From Candidatus Eiseniibacteriota bacterium (GTDB lineage Bacteria > Eisenbacteria > RBG-16-71-46): DNA of 19,488 nt. The translations under genes and the position numbers were made by a program. Where the stretch lies: the NCBI GenBank assembly GCA_031370785.1, contig JANMQY010000072.1, positions 1 through 19,488 on the forward strand, in the 5' to 3' direction. The notes beneath the pieces are model-generated. The model did no database searches and was not told where the DNA came from. It saw nothing but the letters and a program-made list of their open reading frames with translations. Numbering within the stretch: position 1 is the first letter of the stretch; each line of letters starts with the position of its first letter. Positions 8,201 through 15,214 of this stretch are shown here, piece by piece.

Positions 8201-10030
8201 GCAGTTCTGGATGGTGTTGTTGGTAATGATCGGCGCCGAGTTGCCATTGCAACGCACGCCGTACCCCACCTTGGAGATGATATTGCCGGTGATCGTGGGT
8301 GAAGAGTTGGTACACCAGATCGCTGCGTTGTAGTCGTAGCCCTGGTAGGAACCATAGAGGAGCTTGTCGTTGGTGATCTTGCACTGGGAGTCGTTCGAGG
8401 TGTCGTTGAAGGAGATGTAGCCCCAGTCGTAGGTGTTCGGAGTGGTGATCGAGCCGTCGCCGTTGGTGTCGGGCGGGTTGCCGTAGAGGTCATCACGATA
8501 CGACGTGAACACGATCGGGCTCGGCACGGTGCCCTGTGCATCGAGCGCACCATTGATCACGAGTCCGCAGCCGCCACCCAGGAACTTGAGCACGACCCCC
8601 GGGTCGATCGTCAGCTTGGCCGGGCTGTTCATGGTGATGTAGCCGTTCATCAGCAGATAGGTGATGTTCGTGAAGCCCGCGATCGTCTTCTGCGTCAGGT
8701 GGGAATCCACGCCGATGACCTCGCCGATCAGACCGAGCGCGGTCAGTGAGTTGGCGAGGAACGTGACGTTCGTGAACGTCGGGGTGGCAGAGACCGACTG
8801 AAGGATGGGCGTCGAGGAGCAGTTGTTGATCTGCACGGTGTTGAGCACCGGGGCAGCGATGTTGTGAATGGTGATGCCGTGTCCCGCATCGCTGAGGAGG
8901 GTGTTCGACATCGGAAGATTGACGTCGGTGATTTCCACCATCCCGCTCGACCCGCTGTTGCTCCCGAACTTGAGACGGCAGTAGTTCATCGAGCCGGTCG
9001 AGCCCGCATAGTACGTGATGCTGCCCCAGTCGCCGCGGTTGGGCGCCGTGATGGAGCCGTTGTTGTTCGAATCGCGCGGCTGCCCGAAATTGTCGTCACT
9101 GATCGACGTGACGGTGATGGTGTCGGTCACCGTGCCGTTCATGGTCAGATTGCCGTACACGCCGAATCCGACACCGCCCAGCTGCTTGACCACCACTCCG
9201 GGATTGATCGTGAGGCTGGCGCTGACATTGATCGTGAGGTAGCTGAGCATGATGTAGGTGACGTTCGTGATCGGATTGACGCCCACCGTCGCGCCGCGCT
9301 TGGGCAGCGTGACGGTGCTGCTCAGCCCGCCCCCACGCAGGCCGAACGCGTCGTAGCCGTTGTTGGTGCTCGAGAACACCAGGTTCGAGAACACCGGCGC
9401 CGCAGTGAAATCGAGCACGATCGGCGTGTAGGTCGAGGCCTGAATGTCGGTATCGATGAGCAGTGGCGCGGCAGTGCCCGCGCAATCCACGCCGTAGTAC
9501 GAGCGCTGGATCGTGCAGTTCGTCAGCCGGCCCGAACAGTTGGTGAACGTCACCGCGCCTCGGTTGGAGTAACCCGCAAAGCGCACCTGCGTGAACGCCA
9601 GCCTGGTGGAATCCGGAGAGGTGTGAGTGGTGACGTAGATACTCTGCCAGTCCGACGGGTTCGGCAGCGTCGCTCCACCGTCTCCGTTGGTATCGCCGCC
9701 CGCATTGTCGTCGCGGATGGTCGTGAAGATCACGTTGCTCGCGCCGGTGCCGAGCGTCTGAAGTGATCCGGCGACGTTGAGATATGTGCCCGGATCGAAT
9801 TTCACGACCACGCCCTGACGCACCGTCAGCGTGACGGCGCCGTTGACGTTGATCGCGTTCCGCACCCAGAACACGTCCGCTTCGACGGTCGAACCGGACC
9901 CGGGCAGGCCCCACGACGTGTTGGCGGCGATGCTGGTGGTGATCTGTACCGTGACCGCGCTGGCGACAGCGGCCGTGAGCAGAGAGAACAGACAGACGAG
10001 AGCGGCGAGGATGCAGGGGGTCCGTCGCAT
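5255..10030 (-). CDS. Large secreted parallel beta-helix repeat protein with a type I-like dockerin, a degenerate cohesin-like domain and a FlgD-Ig/T9SS-like C-terminal domain (1591 aa)
   Basis: Signal peptide (MRRTPCILAALVCLFSLLTAAVASA). Six ~200-aa modules, then a DATGNWWGAASGP cap. Duplicated dockerin loops GDVSLNGSVHAYDASLVLQY / ANVDNSGAIDNADASLILQF at ~5981-6172. Pro-Thr linker (TAPVPTPTPTIP). C-terminal PNP...DLAGRLVR...WDLSDESGRRVAPGLYLIR. Confidence 0.88.
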   Translation of the reverse strand: MRRTPCILAALVCLFSLLTAAVASAVTVQITTSIAANTSWGLPGSGSTVEADVFWVRNAINVNGAVTLTVRQGVVVKFDPGTYLNVAGSLQTLGTGASNVIFTTIRDDNAGGDTNGDGGATLPNPSDWQSIYVTTHTSPDSTRLAFTQVRFAGYSNRGAVTFTNCSGRLTNCTIQRSYYGVDCAGTAAPLLIDTDIQASTYTPIVLDFTAAPVFSNLVFSSTNNGYDAFGLRGGGLSSTVTLPKRGATVGVNPITNVTYIMLSYLTINVSASLTINPGVVVKQLGGVGFGVYGNLTMNGTVTDTITVTSISDDNFGQPRDSNNNGSITAPNRGDWGSITYYAGSTGSMNYCRLKFGSNSGSSGMVEITDVNLPMSNTLLSDAGHGITIHNIAAPVLNTVQINNCSSTPILQSVSATPTFTNVTFLANSLTALGLIGEVIGVDSHLTQKTIAGFTNITYLLMNGYITMNSPAKLTIDPGVVLKFLGGGCGLVINGALDAQGTVPSPIVFTSYRDDLYGNPPDTNGDGSITTPNTYDWGYISFNDTSNDSQCKITNDKLLYGSYQGYDYNAAIWCTNSSPTITGNIISKVGYGVRCNGNSAPIITNNTIQNCQSAPILMSVQADPTMTGNIFLTNGTNGIALVTETLSQNAVLKYRPTVTFPAPNQTTVFAYVPTGQITVPSGVTLSIQPQVVIKPASSFTLFDVYGAVNVVGGTGTNRIVVTSISDDAWDGDTNANGSASTPGVGNWGSIIFEDTSVDAQCLLRNLLFQFGSNAVNGVITTVSSSPKLAALEFFQNGTALTCNGNSKPNCDSLTILNCTYLPIIMSLISDPTFAHMTFANNTWTALGLLGETIGQDVRTYPRVLGSGILNGMAYIPTGNISIAFGATWTIAPGTVIKMGRVYYENFGNAITIDGALVANGKTDSLIVFTSSADDAFAGDSRGDGAASVPAMDNWSAIIFSGVSNSAATVVNNCRFRFGGFSGWAALRCMSSNTNVTNSTFYLCSVGVSAEGNAAPTFTNVNIDTCTVPVRMSLVSNPTFTNVNFVNCTYKALGIISETIAQDLLWKIRSVSGRLNMPYFVDGTIGVGLGSTMTLQPGLIVKLQGGYIDVNRAFVAEGRTHPDSLIVFTSYRDDFYGGRTWANPSNQAPNQSDWQSIIIEGTAIDPQVRFRNCVIRYGSNALRCVNSAPSIDSSLIAYNYQGVSVEGASNPTIHGNSLYGNYLNAVANTGGSFCVDATGNWWGAASGPNDANAAADLCGSASNAGTGDGVTQNVNYASFATSGLLNPLLGDVSLNGSVHAYDASLVLQYLVPSIALTAMQKLVANVDNSGAIDNADASLILQFVAGLIPALPANQTGAHPVSPGDFAIAQAASRRMDGTFQLRASEPRRVGDHWELPIIASGSAPIFGAEIELSGPNAQALSGVTVPLDAMEAHGTPSSTAKLALASATPIAEGEIASFSFPATDEGAWEAPTVSWARVNREIIPVTAPVPTPTPTIPGVAFFAAPWPNPAGASVNLRFGISSTEAGARASIRVHDLAGRLVRIVHDGSLDAGVHAMTWDLSDESGRRVAPGLYLIRAETSRFRIVHRIIVIR
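6300..9900 (-). repeat. Six intragenic tandem modules of ~199-212 aa
   Basis: The conserved T-S/T-x-x-DD...P...D/N-W-x-x-I motif has its DD codons at 9707, 9092, 8489, 7853, 7232 and 6635 (spacings 615, 603, 636, 621, 597 nt). Exact DNA matches persist: 6907-6926 = 8764-8783 and 6645-6662 = 8499-8516. Outer boundaries are approximate. Confidence 0.85.
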
Positions 10031-10127
10031 TGGGGAGACTCCGAGGTTCGGACGTCCACCACGCGAGGGTGGCCGTCGTGCGTTACGTGCGATGTGCCGG
10101 ACAAGGGCTGAGGACGCACCGCGACAC

Positions 10128-10195
10128 TTGGCATTAATCAGACGCTACATTCCCGGAACAATCACGGGAATTATTTTGGGACTGGCATTTTTGTC
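10128..10195. promoter_or_regulatory. AT-rich putative promoter/operator region upstream of the dockerin-cohesin operon
   Basis: Conspicuously AT-rich patch with the inverted repeat ATTCCCG-N9-CGGGAAT (10149-10171), flanked by TGGCATT direct repeats (10129-10135, 10183-10189). No clean -35/-10 identified. Confidence 0.4.
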
Positions 10196-10402
10196 GTGTG
10201 CCACGGCACAGGGCGGTCGAGTTCGAGCCCCAGGATCGGCGATCTGCGTCCTCGACCCGAGGTCGGGGCTCTTCGAACCCGACTCCCTGATCAATGGTCA
10301 GGTCGCTCGAAGGCAACGGGCGTTTAGGTTCTGGAGCGAGGAATCCTGACGCTGGCGCGTAGCCTTCGGCGAGCTACCCTGCCGAAGGGGCGCGGCGAGG
10401 CC

Positions 10403-10957
10403 TCAGCGCCTGCCCGCCACCCGGCGCCGCACGTCCCGGAACAGCGCGCGCATGTGCTTCCACGCCAGCCGCTGCCCCGGCCGGCCGAGCCCGGCGAGCG
10501 GCACCCACTCCGCGCTGGCCGCGTCGTCCGAGGCATGCGGGACACCGGCACGCCAGCGCGCGAGGAAGTAGAAGTTCATGGTCGGAAGGTAGCCAAAACC
10601 GCGCAGGAAGTAGCGGTCCCAGTAGAGGCCGAGCGGCTCGGCGCGGCCCACGCTCAGGCCGGTCTCCTCGCGCAGCTCGCGCCGCGCGGCGCCCTCGATG
10701 GTCTCCCCCGCCTCGAGAAATCCCCCCGGCACGTCGAGCCAGCCGATGCGAGGCGGATGCGCGCGACGCAGAACGAGCGCGGCGTCGCCCCTGAGCACGA
10801 TGAACCCCGCGCACGGGCGCGGGTAGTCGTAGATCAGGAACCTGCAGCGCGGGCAGGCGATCTCGCGGCGTGGCCCGTTCGCGGTGCGCCGCAGCGGCCG
10901 CCCGCAGCGGGCGCACGGAAACGTGGCCACAGTGCTCCGGGCGGCCGGGCGGCTCAC
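10403..10957 (-). CDS. NUDIX hydrolase with N-terminal zinc ribbon (ADP-ribose/NADH pyrophosphatase-like)
   Basis: CARCG...CPRC zinc ribbon and Nudix box GGFLEAGETIEGAARRELREETGL. The GTG start at 10957 overlaps the upstream TGA (GTGA); an alternative GTG lies at 10930. Confidence 0.88.
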   Translation of the reverse strand: MSRPAARSTVATFPCARCGRPLRRTANGPRREIACPRCRFLIYDYPRPCAGFIVLRGDAALVLRRAHPPRIGWLDVPGGFLEAGETIEGAARRELREETGLSVGRAEPLGLYWDRYFLRGFGYLPTMNFYFLARWRAGVPHASDDAASAEWVPLAGLGRPGQRLAWKHMRALFRDVRRRVAGRR

Positions 10958-11814
10958 TCCGACTCCACCGTCACCACGGCGGGCAGCGGCGTCTTCGCCC
11001 CGGCAGCGTCGCTCTTCTTCCCCTCGTCCCACTTCCCGAAGCTGGCATAGCGGAAGCGGTCGGTGCGTACGCACAGCTCGGCCTCGTAGCCGCCGTCCAT
11101 GGCCATCGCGTGCGAGATTCCCAGCGGCGCCGCGCGCAGCAGGTGCGCAAAGTCCCAGAGCGTGTAGCCGCCCTCGCTGGTGATGACCAGCATCCGGCCC
11201 TGGGCGTCCTCAGCGACCACGGTGCGGTTCGCGACCTTGTCCGACTTGCGCACGCGGTACTGGCCCGACTCGTCGAGCAGCATGAAGGACTGGGCGATCT
11301 CGTCCCAGCCGGGCCTCGCCGGATCGATCGGTTTGACTGCCAGATCGAGCACGTGGGCGGCGCGGGCGCCGTTGCGCTTGCCCGCGACCAGCGCGGCCTT
11401 GAAGCCAGTGTGCACCTCGTCCGAAACCACCTTCCCCGAGCACACCAGCAGGCCCATGTAGGAGTAATCGGGGTAGAACTGCCCGGCGTTGAACACCGCC
11501 AGCGCCCCGGTCGCGCGCTGCCATTCGACGATGTTGAGCGGCGTCTGGCGCGGGATCAGGGAGTAGTGGTGAACGCGAAGGCGCAGCCGCGAGGGGTCGA
11601 TCCGCAGCACGGCGATCTCGGAGGAGCCATGCCGGCACCACGGATCACCGCGCACGGTGGTGAATTCGAGACCGGGGCGGAGCGTCCGCCAGCGCGGCAG
11701 TCCCGGACCGTGGGTCACCAGGTAGGCGCCCACCGCGACCGCGAGCAGGGCAGAGATCCGCGCGACGGGAACGTGGCGTGGCGGCATGAGGTGCGATTGT
11801 GCGGGTCGCCTCAC
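10954..11814 (-). CDS. Phosphodiester glycosidase family (NAGPA/DUF2233-like) exported protein
   Basis: N-terminal hydrophobic anchor; family motifs AVFNAGQF, GLLVCSGK, ANRTVVAED, AMAMDGG. The start could alternatively be ATG at 11787. Confidence 0.8.
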   Translation of the reverse strand: MRRPAQSHLMPPRHVPVARISALLAVAVGAYLVTHGPGLPRWRTLRPGLEFTTVRGDPWCRHGSSEIAVLRIDPSRLRLRVHHYSLIPRQTPLNIVEWQRATGALAVFNAGQFYPDYSYMGLLVCSGKVVSDEVHTGFKAALVAGKRNGARAAHVLDLAVKPIDPARPGWDEIAQSFMLLDESGQYRVRKSDKVANRTVVAEDAQGRMLVITSEGGYTLWDFAHLLRAAPLGISHAMAMDGGYEAELCVRTDRFRYASFGKWDEGKKSDAAGAKTPLPAVVTVESE

Positions 11815-11829
11815 GGCGAAGTCAAAAGG

Positions 11830-13047
11830 TCAGGCCACCTGGCGCCGGCGTGGGGTCTCTCGCAGCCGGTGGAACAGCTCTTCGAGCTTGGACACGGTGC
11901 GCTCGAAGTCGTGCTCCTCGACCGCGCGCAGTCGCCCGCTCTCGCCGAAGGAGATGCGCGCCATGGGGTCGATCAGCAGGGTTGCGAGCGCGTTGGTGAA
12001 GGATCCCAGGTCTTTCGGCTGGACCAGCATGCCTTCCGCGCCCTGTGTGATCAGATCCTGGATCACGCCCATCGGGCTCCCCACCACCGGAAGCCCCGAA
12101 GCCATCGCCTGCAGGACGAACAGCCCGCCGGCCTCGTGGCCCACCACCGGGGCCATCGCCACCTGACACGAGCCGTAGAGCGCCGGCAGGTCCGCGCGCG
12201 GAACGCTCGGCACCGCGAACGCGCGCTGGGCCAGGCCCATCTCGCGGGCCTCCGAGAGGAACACCTGGTGCCAGTCGGGATTGGAAGGATCGCGCCCGGC
12301 CACCACGAACTCGACGTCAGGAACGCGCGCGCGCACCGCGACCAGCAGGTCGAGCACCCTGGCGGCGCCGCGCGCGTGGGTCGGGGGCCCGAGGAACAGA
12401 ACGCGCGGCCGGTCGCGCGTCTCCCACAGCTCGGCGACGGCGGCCGACCTCGGGGGTTCGGGCTGGGGGCGGTAGCGGTTCGCATCGACGCCGTAGTGCA
12501 GCAGCTCGATCGGGCGTCCGAGTCCTGCGTTCAGGCGCACGCGGGTGAAGGCGGAGTGCGAGAGCACGAGGCGGGCGGTCGCGGCGAGCGCGACCTTCTC
12601 TTCCATTGCGCGCATGCGCGAGAGGCCGGCGCACGCGCCGCAGCCGGGGTAAGGAAAGTGCTCGCCGCAGGCTTCCATCCGCGGGCGGCGCAGCAGGTCG
12701 GTGTTCGGGCAGATCGGCCAGAAGTCGTGGACGTCGAGAAGGACCGGCAGCTCGCGGAGGATCTCCACCACGCGCGGGCCGAGCGGCCCACCGGTCGCGA
12801 CGTGCACCACATCCGGCTCGTCGGCGAGCGCTTCGCCGAGCACTGCCTCGAACCCTTCCTGTCCGGGACGCAACACCGAGTACCCCGGCGGGTCCTCGGC
12901 TTCCTGCCACGGCTCGAGCGGATTGACTGCGATCACCTGCACACGGTGTCCGCGAATCACCCATTGGTCGCACAGGTCCGACAACCACAGCGCCGGCTCG
13001 CTCAGGCTCGCGGCTTCGAGCCCATCGGCGAGCAGCAGAATCTTCAA
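11830..13047 (-). CDS. Glycosyltransferase family 4 (GT-B fold), 405 aa
   Basis: TTG start at 13047 (MKILLLAD) overlaps the upstream TGA, with GGGGAG SD. Motifs GHRVQVI, PDVVHV, HDFWPICP, YGVDANRY, VLFLG, EAGGLFVLQAMASGLPVVGS, GMLVQPKD. Confidence 0.9.
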   Translation of the reverse strand: MKILLLADGLEAASLSEPALWLSDLCDQWVIRGHRVQVIAVNPLEPWQEAEDPPGYSVLRPGQEGFEAVLGEALADEPDVVHVATGGPLGPRVVEILRELPVLLDVHDFWPICPNTDLLRRPRMEACGEHFPYPGCGACAGLSRMRAMEEKVALAATARLVLSHSAFTRVRLNAGLGRPIELLHYGVDANRYRPQPEPPRSAAVAELWETRDRPRVLFLGPPTHARGAARVLDLLVAVRARVPDVEFVVAGRDPSNPDWHQVFLSEAREMGLAQRAFAVPSVPRADLPALYGSCQVAMAPVVGHEAGGLFVLQAMASGLPVVGSPMGVIQDLITQGAEGMLVQPKDLGSFTNALATLLIDPMARISFGESGRLRAVEEHDFERTVSKLEELFHRLRETPRRRQVA

Positions 13048-13505
13048 GCGGCTTGCTCCCCTTCCTCCGGCCCTTCGAGGAACGCCGTCAGCGCCTCGAG
13101 GTCGGTGCGAGCGAGACGGTGTCCTGGCTGGATCCAGAGCGTGTGGTAGAGCAGGCGAAGCGCATCTTCGACCGCGCCCATCTCGAAGCATGCCGCCGAG
13201 GCGATATAGAAGAGCTGGGGATCGTGCGGCGAGCACGCGAGCCCGCGCAGGGCGCGGCTCAGGCCCTCGCGGTCGTCGGCGTTGGCGAGCGCCTTCTCGG
13301 CGGCGCGCATGAACATCTCGGCGGCGTCGGCATCGGGCGGCGGGTCGAGGCCCGGGATGTGAAGCTCGAGCTCGGCGAGCGCGCGCCTCAGGGTGAACGA
13401 AACGTACGGCTCGAGTCCGGGAACGTCGGTGTCCGAGACCCGGTCCGCAAGGCGCGACAGCGCGAGCGTGATGTCGAGAATTGTCGGATGCGATGATTCC
13501 GGCAC
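13044..13505 (-). CDS. Small tetratricopeptide-repeat protein (~153 aa)
   Basis: GGAGG SD precedes GTG at 13505 (the ORF track starts at 13520). TPR-like helices: GLSRALRGLACSPHDPQLFYIASAACFEMGAVEDALRLLYHTLWIQPGHRLARTDL. Confidence 0.75.
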   Translation of the reverse strand: MPESSHPTILDITLALSRLADRVSDTDVPGLEPYVSFTLRRALAELELHIPGLDPPPDADAAEMFMRAAEKALANADDREGLSRALRGLACSPHDPQLFYIASAACFEMGAVEDALRLLYHTLWIQPGHRLARTDLEALTAFLEGPEEGEQAA

Positions 13506-13611
13506 GGCTGGTTCCTCCACCGGCGCTGACGCAAGAAAGCGCCCCCGGCAGAACGAGACGGGAGTTCCCGGCCGGCGTGGTCGAACCCCGGACGAGGTTG
13601 TCGTGCGACGG

Positions 13612-13639
13612 GTATCGGCAGAATGCCCGATCCCCTTGA
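13612..13639 (-). promoter_or_regulatory. Candidate sigma28 (FliA/SigD/WhiG)-type promoter
   Basis: The minus strand reads TCAAG-N15-GCCGATAC, close to the T(A/C)AAG...GCCGATA consensus, ~110 nt upstream of the TPR gene and in the correct orientation. Confidence 0.5.
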
Positions 13640-13712
13640 CGGCTACTCCGAGCCGGGAGGTGGGGTTAAGCCGTTCGTGCGAAGGGGATTCGGGGTATGG
13701 ACCGGATCGTGG

Positions 13713-14600
13713 TCAGTCGCGAGCGAAGCGCGGGTCGGCGGCGCGCAGGAATTGCTCCAACACGTTCCCGGCCACGCTGCTGCGGTATTCGCGCTCGGAG
13801 CGCACGTCGTCGATCGGGGCGATGTCTTCCAGCAGAGCTGCTCGCGCCCTTGCCGCCAGTGCCGCCGAGGGCTTCTCGCCGAGCAGCAGCGACTCGGCGC
13901 GCTGGGAGCGCACCGTCACCGGCGCGACGCTTCCCCACGCCAGGCGCGCGCCAGAAACCACGCGCCTGCGATCCCGCGCCAACACTCCGCTGAACACCAC
14001 CTTGGAGATGCTCTGCGCGCGCCGCGTGCCGACCTTGCGGAAGAAGGAGAACGATTCGCTCGGCGGGAAGGGGATCTCGACCGCCGTGATCAGCTCGTCC
14101 GGATCGAGGATCATCTCGCGGTAGCCGCGATACAGGTTCTCGAACGCGACCGCACGCCGCCCCCGCACCGAGCGCGCGTGCACGATCGCCTCGTGCGCGA
14201 GCAGCACCGGCAGGGAGTCGCCGGCGGGCGAAGCGTTCGCAATATTGCCCGCGAGCGTGGCGCGGCTCTGGATCTGCCACGCTCCAACCACCGCCGCCGC
14301 CGCGGTCAGCGATGGCAGCCGGCGCCTGAGCACGGCGTGCTCGCCGATCTCGCGGAACGTCACCGCCGCGCCGATCGTCACCCGGTCGCGCGCCACGCGG
14401 ATGCCGCGCAACTCCCGCACCGCGGAGAGATCGAGGAAGCGCGTGCCGCGATGCGAGCCAGCGTTCAGGTAGACGAAGAGATCGGTGCCGCCCGCGAGCG
14501 GCGTCATGCGCTCGGAGGAAAGCGAGTTGTGGAGCGCCTCCAGCGCGCGATCGAGCACGCGCGGCCGCGTGACTTCGAGCGTGGAGAGGGCAGATCTCAC
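13713..14600 (-). CDS. Xanthine dehydrogenase family FAD-binding subunit (295 aa)
   Basis: GTG at 14600 overlaps the upstream TGA. Motifs PLAGGTDL, IGAAVT, QIQSRATLAGNIANASPAGD, FRKVGTRRA, APIDDVRS..EYR. Confidence 0.92.
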   Translation of the reverse strand: MRSALSTLEVTRPRVLDRALEALHNSLSSERMTPLAGGTDLFVYLNAGSHRGTRFLDLSAVRELRGIRVARDRVTIGAAVTFREIGEHAVLRRRLPSLTAAAAVVGAWQIQSRATLAGNIANASPAGDSLPVLLAHEAIVHARSVRGRRAVAFENLYRGYREMILDPDELITAVEIPFPPSESFSFFRKVGTRRAQSISKVVFSGVLARDRRRVVSGARLAWGSVAPVTVRSQRAESLLLGEKPSAALAARARAALLEDIAPIDDVRSEREYRSSVAGNVLEQFLRAADPRFARD

Positions 14601-15214
14601 TTGCGCTTCTTCTGCTTCGGCGCGGCACGCCGGCTCTTCGGGGCGGCGCGGCGGGGCTTGCTTGTGGTGCGCGATCTCTTGGACGCCGCGCGCCGGGGCT
14701 TCGTCGCCGTCTTCCTTCGTGCGCTCGCGCGCTTCGGTTGCGCGCTGCGCGCCGCGGCACGGACGGCGTCGATGATCTTCTGGTAGCCGGTGCAGCGGCA
14801 CAGGTTGCCGGCCAGCGCGTCGCGCACTTCGCTGTCGCTCGGGACGCGGCCGCGGGCGCGCGCCAGCAGCTCGGTGGCGGTGACCAGCATTCCCGGGGTG
14901 CAGATGCCGCACTGCGCGCCGCCCAGATCGACGAACGCCTGCTGCAGCGCGTTCAAACGCGTGCCCTTCGCCAGCCCTTCGACCGTCACGATGCGCGTGC
15001 CTTCCGCCTGAACCGCAGGCACCAGGCACGAGTTCACGCTGCGGCCGTCGAGCAGCACGCTGCACGCGCCGCACTCGCCCTCGCCGCAGCCCTCCTTGGA
15101 GCCCGGCAGCGCGCAGTCCTCGCGCAGCACATCGAGCAGGCGTTTCATCGGCGGCACCTTCACGCGCCGCGCGCGGCCATTGACGTTGAACGAGACCGAG
15201 ATCTTCCCGCTCAC
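14597..15214 (-). CDS. Xanthine dehydrogenase family (2Fe-2S)-binding subunit with a basic low-complexity C-terminal tail (205 aa)
   Basis: GTG at 15214 overlaps the upstream TGA. Motifs RLLDVLRE, KEGCGEGECGAC, NSCL, QCGICTPG, GNLCRCTGY. Confidence 0.93.
   Translation of the reverse strand: MSGKISVSFNVNGRARRVKVPPMKRLLDVLREDCALPGSKEGCGEGECGACSVLLDGRSVNSCLVPAVQAEGTRIVTVEGLAKGTRLNALQQAFVDLGGAQCGICTPGMLVTATELLARARGRVPSDSEVRDALAGNLCRCTGYQKIIDAVRAAARSAQPKRASARRKTATKPRRAASKRSRTTSKPRRAAPKSRRAAPKQKKRK

Noticed and set aside
3159..10030. Apparently lower GC of the secreted module as evidence of horizontal transfer
   Set aside because: Explainable by Asn/Thr/Ile-rich protein composition; third positions still look GC-rich, and no integrase, tRNA or flanking direct repeats are seen. 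Not computed.
10215..10245. GTTCGAGCCCC resembling a tRNA T-loop
   Set aside because: The flanks do not form a T-stem, and there is no cloverleaf or CCA end.
10870..13149. 759-aa + strand ORF
   Set aside because: Antisense shadow of the GT4 and glycosidase genes; no recognisable motifs.
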